Assembly (NCBI GenBank): GCA_051294375.1
Contig: CM119265.1
Location: 4,873,951 to 4,937,950 of the forward strand
Direction: 5' to 3'
Length of the DNA stretch: 64,000 nucleotides
Origin: Paraspadella gotoi
Lineage: Eukaryota > Animalia > Chaetognatha
A program made the translations under genes and the position numbers. The notes under the pieces were generated by a model that made no database searches, was not told where the DNA came from, and was given only the letters and a program-made list of their open reading frames with translations. Within the stretch, counting starts at the first letter, position 1; each line of letters begins with the position of its first letter. This document shows positions 27,128 through 40,229 of this stretch, in pieces.

Positions 27128-29090
27128 CTCTTCTTCTCTCTCTCTCTTCTCTCTCTCTCTTCTCTCTTTCTCTCTCTCTCTCTCTCTTCTCTCTCTCTGC
27201 CGGTCCGCGCTTTAATCGAAAAACCCCAAACACTCAGGCGCGTAAACAAGTTCCGCTCTCCGGTTGCCCATGGAACGCTACCGACGGGTCTAGAGACGCC
27301 GACGCGGTAAACACTTCTGTTTTTGGTGTCAGGGTTTTTTGCTTCGGTCCGAAGTCAACCAGTTGAGATGAGGAATCGAATCCGTTCGTACAAATGGACA
27401 AGGGAAGAAATTAAGTTTCAACCTCGTGCTAATTTCCAAACCACAGAATTTATTATATCCAAAATCCTTAACAACGTAGATGCAAAACTAAGTATCCCCT
27501 TTGCTTAAAAGATAGCGGAAAGAATAAAAAAACTGTAATTATTTAAATATCTATTGTCTAATTTTTCAAAAGAGTAAAAAAAGGGATACATTAAAAAAAC
27601 TAAACGTTGGTTTCGGCAGCGCGCGAAAAAAGATATTCCAAGCACTTTACAATTCTCAGGCGATGATTTACTCGTTTTCTACTTTCGATTTAAAGACTCC
27701 GTCTTCCCTTTTTCGCCTTCCCGCTTCCGGGGAACCGATTCTCCCCCCCCCTCCTCGTCCGCTTCGGCCTTAAAATCTCGCGCATTCGCGGAAGTAAAAA
27801 ATGTAATCCCCCGCCACTTTTCCATCGACCTACATCTCGTAAGCGTCACTCAACCTCACGTTTATGATAAACAATTAATTTAAGCTTTTCACCGGACCGT
27901 CTTCCCTCCGCAGGGAAGTTTGGCTCTCTCTCTCTCTCTTCTCTCTGCATCTCGTCTCTCTCTCTCTCTCTCTCCTCTCGTCTCTCTCTCTCTCTCTCAT
28001 CCTCTCTCTTCTCTCTCTCTCTCTCTCTCACATCACTCACTTCGCTTATAGGGCCCGGCTGTACATTCGTTCTATTTACAATGGAGAGATGAAAATGTGA
28101 GAGAGAAAGAGAGAAGAGAGAGAGAGAGGAGAGAGAGAGAGACGAGAGAGAGGGAGAGACAGAGAGAGAGCAAGGAGAGAGAGAGAGAGAGAGAGAGGGA
28201 GAAACGAAAGCACGGCCCGAAGGCAACGAGTTACCGACGTTCACCGTAAGTGAAATTGTTGATCGAACGAATCATCATCGTCGTTCGTCGAATCGTCGTC
28301 GTCGTCGTCGTCGTCTTGGAGGCTCCAGAACTCGTTAGCTCCCGGGGACGCTCTACTTCTCGGTTTCGGGTCCACGCGCCCCCCTCTCCCGTCGTCCGTC
28401 GCGTCGATTTTTCGCGGTTTCGCGCTATGATTGATGGCGCCGTCTGAGCGGTACGCCGAGTACACGGCAATTGCGTCTATGGGCGTGGCAGAGTTGGCTC
28501 GTTCTTTCCTCCCTGCATCGACGGCTGATTGAGACGCTACGGCGTTCTGTCAAGCGTCGCGCCGTAATTTTCACGCCCGGTTACGGTTTCGCCTCTGATT
28601 CCCAGTTTCCGTCTTTTTAATTAGTCTCGGTTCGAGGCTTCTCTCTCTCGCTCCCGATAGATGTCGCCTTTTTTCGAACAAAATGACAAAACACAATCAG
28701 ATTCGAAGGGGTAGCTTTTAATCTCTTCGCCTTTTTTCCGTCGTTTTGTTTATCTTTTCTGCGAAAAAAAAATAATTCAATTATGGATCTCGTTGTTTCC
28801 CATCGCGAGGACTAAGGGCCGCTTCGCCGCTCATCCGACATCTTCACCCCGCTACTCGTTCCGACCTCTCCCAGTGATTTATCATTCCTTTCGCGTTCAT
28901 TGCGGAATCTCACTCTCTTTCTATCTCTCTCCGTCTGTCTTATTTTTTTCCTGAGAAAGGTGAAAAATCGAATCAAATTCTCGCTCTGTTTTTTGTTTGT
29001 TTACCTGTTTACATTCGGTGATGCTCCTTTTTTAAAAGAGAAAAAAAAGGGGAAACTTGTAGGATTGTTGCCATTCCCGTCGTCTCTTTC

Positions 29091-29150
<60 letters not shown>

Positions 29151-31570
29151 GAGAGAGAGAGGGAGAGGAAGAGACGAGCCTCTTGCTTGTCGACACCTCG
29201 GTCTCGAACGCCGAGATTTCCGCGGGGAAAATCAAATTTTTCTTCTTTCCCGCCATTTTCCGAATTTTGGCACGCGAAAAGGAAAGGGGCGCGATTTATT
29301 CCGATAATGAAAGAATGCCGGATAGTCAACGGGGTGGCGTTGGGAAAGGGGGTTAGTTAAAGTTCTGTGGAAATCGAGAAGGGGTGGGGGAAGAGGGTGA
29401 TTACTAATTTTGTGCAGAGAGGAAATGGAAGGAAAAATTTCTTTTTTCCGAATCTCGGTTAATTCGAAAAAAAAGCGGCGATTTCCATGTCTTTTTTTCC
29501 CTATCGGAACCCAAAGTCGGGGGCCACTACATTTGGGTTTCACCCGTCGGACGGGATTAGCATGATTTGGAAGTGGGAGAGTTTGTGCAAGTAAGTTAGA
29601 ATAAAAAGAAAACGTTGAGAAAGAAAAGAGAATTAATAGGAAGAGGGAAAAGGTAAGAAACAACGAAATGAAAAAAAAAAAGAAACTTAAGAGGGATTGA
29701 GATATAATGATAGAAAGAACACAAGAAAAAAAAAAGAAACGAAGAAAGAACCGATAGAAAGAAAAAAAAATATGAATATAGAAAAGAAAAAAGAAAGAGA
29801 AAAATAACAGAGAACAGAAAGAAGTGATTGAATATCCGGTATCATCAGGGAGACAATACGTTGTAGATGGTCACGTGACTTCGAACCATTAGATCAAGCG
29901 GCGTCGGGGGAATTTATTTTCTTGCTTTTCTTCAGGGGGAATGACACGGTCGATTTAAAACTCGAGCGGAGTGTCTTGCGAAGAGATTTCCAGCATCCAC
30001 TCCACTTTACATTCCGTCATACCACCTCCTTTCCCCCCAGTTTTGATTTTTTTTCAACCGACCTCGACCCTCGTGTCTTAAAATTTTGACTCATTCCCCC
30101 CTTGATTCGCAGCGACCTTCTCCCCCTACCACCGACTCCATCACCATTTTCTCCCCTTGGCTTCCACTCAGTCTCCTCACACCGAACTTACCTTCGGCGT
30201 AACCTTTCCTTTTTTTTTCTTTCTCCTTCCCTCTATATACAACCTCCCCCTACTCGTTAATACTTCGGCGGCGAACAAATTCCCGTCAAAATTATTTTTC
30301 TCTTTATACGCTACCACAAAGCCTTATTCGCTTACATACATTTTTCTTCCACATCGGTAAAACAAAGATCCTTTTTCGCCTTTTTTAAAATTTTTTTGTT
30401 ATTAAATCTTATTTACAGTATTTATTTTTTATTTCCTCTTATTTCTTTTTTCTTTTTCTTCTTTTCCTTCTCTTTTTACTTTTCTTCTTTCATCCTTTTC
30501 TGTTCTTTCTTATCGTACTCTTACTTTCTTTCTTTTTTTCGGGGATATTCTTTCCTTTTTCAACACGTTCTTTTTTCTTTTTTGGTTTCATTTATATCTT
30601 TTATATGGTTTATTAAAATTGATTTATAACATTCTTTTATCTCTTAATCACTCTCTTCCTGTCCTCTCCCTCTCCTCCCCCTCCTCTTTTATATCTCCCT
30701 CTCCCTTGCTTGTTCCCCCCCATTTCCTGATTTCTAAAGATGGAGGCAACGAGATTTGGGTAGGTTTTCGGCTATTCCCCAGAGCTTAAGGCGCGCTGCA
30801 AATTTTGATGTCGCAAAGCGGAATCTATAGCGACTCCGGGTTGACTATCGTGGCTGGAATGGTGGGAGGTGGGGGGCGATGAGGTAGAAGTTGGTTTCTC
30901 CGTAGGTGGGTTTGAGGCGGTGGGTGGCCGGGAAATGGGTTTTTTTGGCGGAGGAAGGGAAAAGTGGCATTATGAGTCATTTTTTTTTTTATTAGTTTTT
31001 GTTTTGTCTAGCTTTTCCGTTTCACCGGAGGCGAGATATTCCTCGGGAGACGGTTAAAACCCCTTATAGGGAATTTCCCGCGTAGGGAAGGCGGGAAAAA
31101 AAAAGAGATTTTAACATTCATATTTGTTTAAACGAATTATAAAGAGGGAATGAAAAAAAGGGCTTGTGCAATATTTTTATGGTAAATTTTAAAAATCGAA
31201 ATTACGCTTTCGTGGTGCGTAAAATTAAAATTGGTAGAAATGACAGAAAAAGCGTTTCAATCAAACAGAAAGAAAAATAATAGGAGATTTCTGGAAAACA
31301 AAACTTATTATATCTTTTTGAAAATCTACGATCGTTGTGTAATTTATACGCTAATTGTTTAGGTATTTATATACAAATCGCTTAAATTGAAATAACGTTT
31401 TATAAATTAATGACTCTTTGCGTTTTGTTTCTTTTCATTTTTCATTAATTTCGATATGTTTTTATCTAAATCCCTTAAAGACATAGCATACCACATAAAA
31501 TTTACACCATGGGCAATTATATTCTCATAAAAATCCTGCGTTTCTTTCTCTCTATCTCTTCTCTTTTTCT

Positions 31571-31644
<74 letters not shown>

Positions 31645-32128
31645 GTTCTCTGTGTTCCACACTCTCACACACCAGAGTTTATGCTCGACTTCTCGCTTTC
31701 CCCTTTTCGTATTTCCTTCCCAAACACAGTGCTTGCCTCCTCTTCATCCCCGATCTTTTATTTCCCTTCCAGTTTTTTATCACAATAAAAAATTTTATGG
31801 TGGTAGAAATATTTTTTTCAATCGCGAGAGAGGAGAGAGAGCGAGGAGAGCGAGAGAATTCGAATACATTCGTTCTGCTTAAAAAATGAATAAAAAGAGG
31901 ATCGGGGGAAGAATATTTTCTATGCGAACCAGATTCTTCTTTTTTTTTCTTTTGTTAAAAAGTTATTCATTGACTCGATGGCTTAATGACTTATGTTTTT
32001 TTCCAAACACTTGCCTCAACTCGTTGTTCTTTTGTTCCACGTCTCGTTTTCTTTTGTTTATTCGGTCATTAGTTATTCTTTAAAGCGAAAAAAAAAGTGT
32101 GTTTTCTTCGCTTAGCCTTTCGTTTTAT

Positions 32129-33324
32129 TAGTGTTCTCGATAACCGTTAACTGTTGAACGTTATTAATACGGTTAAAAATCATTTTAACTTAACCGTTAA
32201 TAGGGGGAGACGTAATTCAGTAAGGTGGTTTAAGTAATTGAATTAAGCGTAATATATTTATTTTAACGGTAATTCGGTTAATTTTCAAATTGATTTTTTT
32301 TTTTTTTTCATTTTTTTGGTATGAAATCTTTAAATTTAAAAAAAAAAAAAGAAACAATTTTTTCCTGTTCTCTCTTATTCCCTCTCCCCTTCTCACCATA
32401 TTTTTACCCCTCTCTCTCTTCTCCACTTTTTCCCTGCTTATTTTTTCCTTTATTTTTTTTCTATCCTAATCTCTCCTTATTCTTTCTTCCTCTTTATTTA
32501 TCTCCTCCTGTTTTCTTTCTTTTTCTTTCTCACATTCCCTTTCTCTTCCCCCTTTCTTTTTTCTCACTTTTTTTTTGGCCCTCTCCATGCAATAATATAT
32601 ATTCAATTTAGATAAAAATAAATAATCCCTCTATTTTACTTTTCTCTCTTTTTCTTTCCTTCTTTAAAACGATCAAAGAAGCAAATGAAATAAACCAAAT
32701 GAATGAAAAAAATATAATCAAAAAACCAATATAAAAAAATTTTTTAAAAATTTTTAAAATTCAATAATAAATAGAGAACGAATCTTAAAAAAGACATTAA
32801 GGCTAACTAAAACTATCTCTTCAATAATGATGATATACTTTTTATTAAACTGAAAAATATATTTATTAATCAATAAATCTTTGATCAATCGATAAATTCA
32901 ACAGGTCTATCAATATCAGAAACTAACAAACTACAAAAAATAATGAGGAGAGAAGAAGTTGAGAAAGAAAAACAGAAAGTAAAAGAGAGAAAGAGAAAAC
33001 AAAATATAAATTAGAATTGATGGTATCCTTTGTTTCGTTGTGTTATGAGATTAGCAAAATATTTGTTTTGTTACAACAACAATTTTTATTTGACATAAAA
33101 AAACAGACATGTTTCGACTCTGTTTTCAAGTCTTTATTAGCGCCATTAAAGAGCCAGAGTTAAAGAGAAAATACCATTAAATACTTTATTTGTTTTAAAT
33201 CCTTAATATTTTAAATTTTAAAGTTAAATTATAAAATTAACCGATCTTAACGGTTAACCGTAAAAATGTTAGTTTTAACGGTTAAGCGAATATTCCTAAA
33301 AAACTTAACGGTATCGGAAATCTA
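32129..33324. mobile_element. Non-autonomous hAT-like DNA transposon (MITE-type), 1196 bp
   Basis: Absent from the homologous copy (empty site cctttc-GTTTTAAT-gactgat, 24176-24183). Here it is flanked by gttttat (32122-32128) and gtttttaat (33325-33333), an 8-bp TSD with one homopolymer indel each. The left end TAGTGTTCTCGATAACCGTTAA resembles the reverse-complemented right end TAGATTTCCGATACCGTTAA. AACCGTTAA/TTAACGGT motifs cluster at both ends. AT-rich interior with no transposase ORF. Confidence 0.85.
33101..33144 (-). ncRNA. Decayed minimal hammerhead-ribozyme-like motif (Penelope-associated type)
   Basis: The minus strand reads ggcg-CTAATAA-A-GACT-tgaaaacag-AGTC-GAAAC-ATGTC-tgtt. Stem II (GACT/AGTC), the GAAA box and palindromic ACATGT before GTC are intact, but the CUGANGA box has two G>A changes. 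Confidence 0.4.
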
Positions 33325-34857
33325 GTTTTTAATGACTGATCGCCTCACCGAGAATTTCTTTTTCACCCCCATTATGTTTTTATTCTTAATTGCTAATTTT
33401 TTTTATTTATCATACATTTTATTTTTTAATTTTGTTCTACCATAATTTTTTTTTATTTCTTTATTTTCTAGATATGCTACCATTCTTTTTTTCTGATATA
33501 CAACTATCCCTTTAATCTCCTGTCTCTTCTGTCTTTTTCTGTCCACCGTCAAGAGCACGAAAACTCCAATTTGCCGTCACCCGTGTCCACGTTTCGTGCG
33601 ACGTCGTCGTCATTTTGACGCTGACTTTACGTCGCGGTCGTCAAAAATTGTACGACTGTCGCACTCACTCGAACAATGATGACGGGGTTGAATATTTTTT
33701 AACTCCAAACGCCATATTTTTATGTTCCAGCGATGCCCCAAAAAAAGAGTGCGCCCGTTTTTAAAGTTACCTCTCCCAATATTTAGTGGCCGCCAAAACG
33801 TATATCGCTCAGCCAATAAATGCGACGTTGGCTTAACCCGTCAAACGTCCCCAGAGCCTAGATCCCCTTGGCCCCTTTCTCTACCACCCACCCTCACCCG
33901 ACCCCCACCCCAAAAAAATGAAATTCAAATCAGCTGATAACCGCAGTCTGGATAAACGTCGGGTCGTTGCCAGGGTTTTTGTACCCCCCGAACCCTCCCC
34001 CCCCCCCCGAATTATTGGGCGAAAAAGTAATAAATAAATAAAACCTGACGCCGGGGATTCTCTCTCTCGCTCCCTCTCTCTCCCTCTCTCCCTCTCTCCC
34101 TCTCTCCCCCNNNNNNNNNNNNNNNNNNNNNNNNNTCTCTCTCTCTCTCGTGTCCGATCGTGGCTTTTATGGACGCTGACGGTTTAGAAGAGATGATTCG
34201 ATTTCAGTTTTCCCGAAAAATTTGGCAGAATCGACCAGAGAAGCTGGAGAAGGGAAGAGAGGATTGAATCGAGCAGAGAGGGAGGAATGAAGAGCGAGAG
34301 AGAGCGAGAGACAGAGACGCTGACACCGAGAAGCACAGAGAGAGAGAGAGTTGAAGGCCGGTTCCTGTCTGTAGGAAAATTAAAGCCAAAAGATAAGAGG
34401 AAAAAAAAGTAAGGAGCGGAAAGGGATGAGAGTTAGAGGAAAAAGGGAGTGGACCTGGGGTGGTGGCAAAGGGTTGCCACCCCTTGGGGGGTGTTTGGGG
34501 TGTGCTAAATGTACTGGAAGGCCGTTTGAATTAGATGTTACGTATGTGTTCAACGTTGGTTCATAAGAAAAAGCGAGCATCTACTATGATGTCTAAGTGG
34601 AGCAGTGTTTCCCCCCAGGATCGTTGGAGTAGAGATGAGAAAAGGCAATTCACCGTCAAGGGCAGCTCGTGGTTCTGTAGCGCGAAAGTAATCCAATTCG
34701 GGCGCCAAAAGTCAAAACTGTGAAACTCACCTCCACTTATCTCGCTCTCTCACTCTCACTCTCATTCCCTTGGCCGTCGTGAAAAAAAATGACTTACGTT
34801 TTCAAGTCTGCGCATTTGCATATCTCGCGTAATTCCTTTTTCTCCCTCTGCTACTTC

Positions 34858-34900
<43 letters not shown>

Positions 34901-35781
34901 TCTCTCTCCCTCTCTCTCTCCTTCTCTGACTGCCCGGGAATTTGGATGGTTCCCCGGGGGTCAAAGGTCGCGGGCGTTCTCGGGTCGCCGGAAGGGGCGG
35001 GCCCCGGAGACGGCGCGGAAGAATTGGCTGTGGAAAGGGCGAAGTGGGGGATTGGAATCGGAGGGTAAGGCCATCTCGCGGATGGAAGAGGGTGCGCCGA
35101 CGTCGAACGTCCCCGGGAGACGAATTCCGTCCCCCGGAAAACGTGGTTGTGAATTCGTCACGAGGCGAAGTCACGTGACTCGTGTCCTCGGGGATTAATT
35201 ATCTCTTCCCGAGTTTTTTTTTTNNNNNNNNNNNNNNNNNNNNNNNNNNNNNNNNNNNNNNNNNNNNNNNNNNNNNNNNNNNNNNNNNNNNNNNNNNNNN
35301 NNNNNNNNNNNNNNNNNNNNNNNNNNNNNNNNNNNNNNNNNNNNNNNNNNNNNNNNNNNNNNNNNNNNNNNNNNNNNNNNNNNNNNNNNNNNNNNNNNNN
35401 NNNNNNNNNNNNNNNNNNNNNNNNNNNNNNNNNNNNNNNNNNNNNNNNNNNNNNNNNNNNNNNNNNNNNNNNNNNNNNNNNNNNNNNNNNNNNNNNNNNN
35501 NNNNNNNNNNNNNNNNNNNNNNNNNNCTCACTTTCCTTTTCCTCGAGCTTCGTGCTAAAAGCCTCCTTTGCCCGCCTCACTCCGGCCGGACTCCTTTGGC
35601 CGGACTCTCGCCTTCCCTCACGCGCGACACGCCCCCTTTCGGGCGTCCGCGCTCGCACGCGTTTCGATCTCCACCTCTCAAGGGCGACCGGACGCCGGCG
35701 CGTATCGTCCTTACCCAAAGCAGCGGGGTATCGCCACTTTGGATTTTCTCTTTTTACTTTCTTTTTTCTTTACTTTCAGTT

Positions 35782-35829
<48 letters not shown>

Positions 35830-35947
35830 TTTTTCTTTCTTTCTAGCTTTCTTTCTTTCTTTCTTTCTTTTTCACTCTCGTCGAGTGACCCAACACACTT
35901 CGCCGTTTGGCCCTATTTCCTCATCCCCGCATCACTTTCACACCAAG

Positions 35948-36020
35948 ATGTGTTCGAGAGGTCGTCGGTGGCGGTGGCGGTGGCGGTGGCGGAGGCGGTG
36001 GTGGGGCGATGTCGGCGGAG
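35948..36020 (+). CDS. Candidate small exon with poly-Gly (CVREVV-G13-AMSAE)
   Basis: Pyrimidine-rich tract then AG at 35946-35947. The Gly run uses ggt/ggc/gga/ggg and ends GAG|GTAGGT at 36020/36021. No homology recognised. Confidence 0.25.
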
Positions 36021-36562
36021 GTAGGTTATTATTCATTCGTTTGACAAATGCGCTATCGTCGTCGTCGTCGTCGTCGTAGTCGTCGTCGTCAGCCCCGGGA
36101 AGCGAAACTGTACTCTGTCTTCATCATCATTGTAACGTTTACGGGGACGGAATAAAAAAAAAAGTCTCGATGGAACCAAAGAGAGAAAGAGAGGGGAAAA
36201 AAATAAATAAATGGATTCCATACGCGGTTCCCTTCCCGATCACTTCCCGCGTAAACGGTCGTTTGAGGTTGAGTTATTTTCGATATTATTTTTTGTCATG
36301 AACATTTATAACGTGAACGATTTACCATTTGTAGTTGTTTCCATCATCCGTATTTTTTGGCGAGACAATTCTTTTTTGTTTAATACAATATTTTTTTGGG
36401 GAGATTGTATTTCATTGTTCTTTTTTCTTTGACGGTTTTCCTCCCCACCGATAGTAGGCAGGTTTTACGGTACATTTTTTATGCAGTTGATAAAAAAGTG
36501 GGCGGAATTCTAGGCTGAGCACTCCGTTGGGAGACTCGCCATTCCCGGCCTGACTGCTTTTG

Positions 36563-36672
<110 letters not shown>

Positions 36673-37567
36673 TTCATCGATTCGGTTCCACGTCCTCGTA
36701 CGATTCCACTCATTCCACTTCCCATTTTTCGATAAGTTAATAATCGGGAAATATTTTCTTTCTGCCGCCGTGACAAGGCGTCCCGACTCTCTCTTTTTCT
36801 CTCTCTCTCTATTCTCCTCACGCAAAACTCGATTCATTCACGATATAAAAATAACGGGCGACATTGATTGTTATTGCCAGGCCCGGATGTAATTTAAAAA
36901 TCCTTTGGCGAAATCTTACGTATGTAAATGGAGTGACCTGGAAAATTAGAAAAAAATAGGAAGTTCAGATTTTAGGCGCATATATATGTAAAGTTTGAAA
37001 ATTTTTTATGAAAGCGAGTTCAGTAACTTTGCAATCATTTTATCGATCAATTTATTGACATTTTTGGTATCTTTGGACGTTATTGGTCAATGCATCGTTT
37101 CTCTTACATCTCATTACTTCCTTTCTGGCAAAAAAAAAAGGAGAAAAAGAATACAGAGGAAAAGAAAAAAAGAAAATGTCGAAGAGCCGAAGGGAAAATT
37201 AGAGACAAGAAAAGTCCATCGACACGCGAGCCTTAACAGCGCCATAATTCAGGAAGAGGGTGGAGGAAAGGAGGAAAGGAGGAAAAGGAAAGATAAAAAG
37301 AAAAGAANNNNNNNNNNNNNNNNNNNNNNNNNNNNNNNNNNNNNNNNNNNNNNNNNNNNNNNNNNNNNNNNNNNNNNNNNNNNNNNNNNNNNNNNNNNNN
37401 NNNNNNNNNNNNNNNNNNNNNNNNNNNNNNNNNNNNNNNNNNNNNNNNNNNNNNNNNNNNNNNNNNNNNNNNNNNNNNNNNNNNNNNNNNNNNNNNNNNN
37501 NNNNNNNNNNNNNNNNNNNNNNNNNNNNNNNNNNNNNNNNNNNNNNNNNNNNNNNNNNNNNNNNNNN

Positions 37568-37733
37568 AGACGTTGGAATCTCCCGGATCTCAAGGATTCA
37601 ATCACGAAACGCCTTTATGACGCATCCTTTAGACGCAGACATCATGACGCCCGAGAAGGGCACACCCTAAACCCGCCTCTTCTTCATGATTTAAAAAAAA
37701 AGCGAAACCCGAACTCGGCAACTTACCCCGAGG
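37568..37733 (+). CDS. Candidate exon fragment (5' end in gap): RRWNLPDLKDSITKRLYDASFRRRHH...SATYPE
   Basis: Non-repetitive open frame from the gap edge to a consensus donor G|GTAAGT (37734-37739). No domain recognised. Confidence 0.25.
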
Positions 37734-38817
37734 GTAAGTCTTTTTTTCAAGCCAGTTTTTCGCGTCCGGACTCGTGCGGCGCGATGCGGCCAAGCCTCGG
37801 GGTAATTGACCGTCCGAGTTGCCCTTCTCTGCTGCCTGCCCTTTAATCCAACCTACCCTCGCCCCTTTGACACAAACCCTTCGAAATCTTGACTCGAATT
37901 TCACTTATCTCTCGCTCGCTCTCTCTGAGAGGCCTTGATCTCTCCATCTCTCTCGAGGAAATCCATCATTTTTCTTTCTTTTTTTTTTCATCAAAAGTTT
38001 CCTAACTTTTTTCTTGAACTCTAAGTGACTGCGCGGTAAAAGGCGGATGTGCTCTAAATGTGTTCTGATGAGCAAAAAGTTAAACAAAGGATCAAGTATT
38101 TTGCAAAAAGTAGAATAATCTTATATCTTTAAAAATTGATATCTTGCTTGTTACGCTAAGCCAAATACGACTCAGATATTCCATATTCACATGACTTGAC
38201 ACTTTCCCAGCTGCAGCTGTACGAGTCTCTGCAGTTATCTACATCTAACTGCAGCGCTCCGCTGTCTTTTTCCGTCAAATTCACTATTAGATTCGATTGT
38301 TACTTTTTTTTTTCAAAATAATACAATGTCTGCCACAAGCATGCGACTAATAACGCCCGGAAAAAGCGATTTTTGTTTTGATGTCGGAANNNNNNNNNNN
38401 NNNNNNNNNNNNNNNNNNNNNNNNNNNNNNNNNNNNNNNNNNNNNNNNNNNNNNNNNNNNNNNNNNNNNNNNNNNNNNNNNNNNNNNNNNNNNNNNNNNN
38501 NNNNNNNNNNNNNNNNNNNNNNNNNNNNNNNNNNNNNNNNNNNNNNNNNNNNNNNNNNNNNNNNNNNNNNNNNNNNNNNNNNNNNNNNNNNNNNNNNNNN
38601 NNNNNNNNNNNNNNNNNGGATGGGGATCCGGATGGAGATGGGGATCGGGATGGAGATGGGGATGGGGAAGAAGAAAAATGAGACGATTCCTTTTTTTTAC
38701 GAGGCTTTTCATAATCCGAGGAGATCAAATCGGGTTTCGCGCGGAGATTTGTCTTCGTCTTCGTCATCAACGAGAGAGAGAGAGACTCGCTACATTTGTC
38801 CCGGGCTACGACGGTAA

Positions 38818-38859
<42 letters not shown>

Positions 38860-38868
<9 letters not shown>

Positions 38869-39386
38869 ATCCCTTCGTTTTTGTTTTAATCCGTTTTATA
38901 TTTAAAAAAAAATATCAAAGACCAAACAGAATCTCGAGAAATTCCACAATTCCACAGCTTAGTCTCGAGTCTTTGATCTCCCTTCCCACCGCCCGCCCGC
39001 CCATACTCTTTTGATTTTCCTGCGACTTTTGGCGCCTATTCTTTTTTAAACCAGTTCCTTTCCTTTCTAACTCCTTTCCTTTCTCCTCTCCTTTGCCCTT
39101 ACCCTATTTCGGAAAAGTGATCCCGGCCCCGGGAAAAAAAAACCAGTTACTTCGCTCCATTAACCAACCAAAGTCTCTTCGATGGCGAAAATCAAACGAT
39201 TCCAACTTTTTTTTATTCTTTTCTCCTCCAGTCTTTTTTTCTTTCTTTTTTTTTCTTGATCGAAGGTTTTTTCTCTTGAGAAAGGAAACCGTCTGTTCTT
39301 CGATTAAAGGATGTAATAAAACGGGGATAAAACAAAGGAAAAATTAAGAGTCAAACAGATGTCGTTAGATGTTGATGTTTATTCTC

Positions 39387-39432
<46 letters not shown>

Positions 39433-39943
39433 CCCTTCGTTTTTGTTTTCTTTATAAACCGTTTTATATTTAAAAAAAAAATTATCACAAGACCAAACAG
39501 AATCTCGAGAAAATTCCAAAATTCCACAGCTTAGTCTCGAGGTCTTTGAATCTCCCTCCCACGCCCGCCCGCCATACCACTCTTTTGATTTTCCTGCGAC
39601 TTTGGCGCCTATCTTAACCAGTCCTTTCCTCTAAACTCCTCCTTTCTCCTCTCTGCCCTTACCCTATTTCGAGAAAGTTGATCCGGCCCCCCGGAGGAAA
39701 AAAAAAACCAGTTACTTGCGTCATAACAACCAAAGTCTCCAGCGAAAATCAAACGATTCCAACTTTTTTTATTCTTTTTCTTCCTCCAGTCTTTTTTTTC
39801 TTTCATTTTTTTTCTTGATCGAAGCCGTTATTTTTTCTCGTGAGAAAGGAAACCGTCTTTCTCAGATTAGGATGTAATTAAAACGGGGATTAAAAACTAA
39901 GGAGAAATTAAGAGTCAACAGATGTCGTAGCTTTGATGTTTAT
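38860..39943 (+). repeat. ~560 bp tandem duplicate (38860-39384 ~ 39421-39943)
   Basis: Both begin (CT)n-gatcccttcgtttttgtttt and end gatgtttattc. They differ by many small indels. Confidence 0.9.
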
Positions 39944-40177
39944 TCGTTTTCGTTCGCCTTTAAAACTAAACCTTTGAAACCGACTGAGAATGGGAGAAAT
40001 CTTCGTTTAAAACTCGCGGAAAAGGTTGGGCCATCTTGAGAAGGATATTCGAGCGCGTGCGCGTGGTCCCGAGAGAGAGATGAGAGAGAAGAGAGAGAGG
40101 AGAGATGAGAGAGAGAGAGACGAGAGAGGAGAGAGGATGGAGAGGAGAAGAGAGAGAGAGACGAGAAGAGACAGAGA

Positions 40178-40229
<52 letters not shown>

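Larger units (their letters stand above)
24727..33886 (+). repeat. Second, read-like pass through the 12260-24726 locus (likely true single-copy order)
   Basis: 24740-24945 ~ 12260-12405; 26390-26650 ~ 12940-13155; 27195-27675 ~ 13352-13800; 28200-29058 ~ 16623-17457; 29060-30850 ~ 21130-22812; 30985-32128 ~ 22999-24183; 33325-33886 ~ 24176-24726. It also supplies sequence across gaps of the first copy. Confidence 0.9.
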
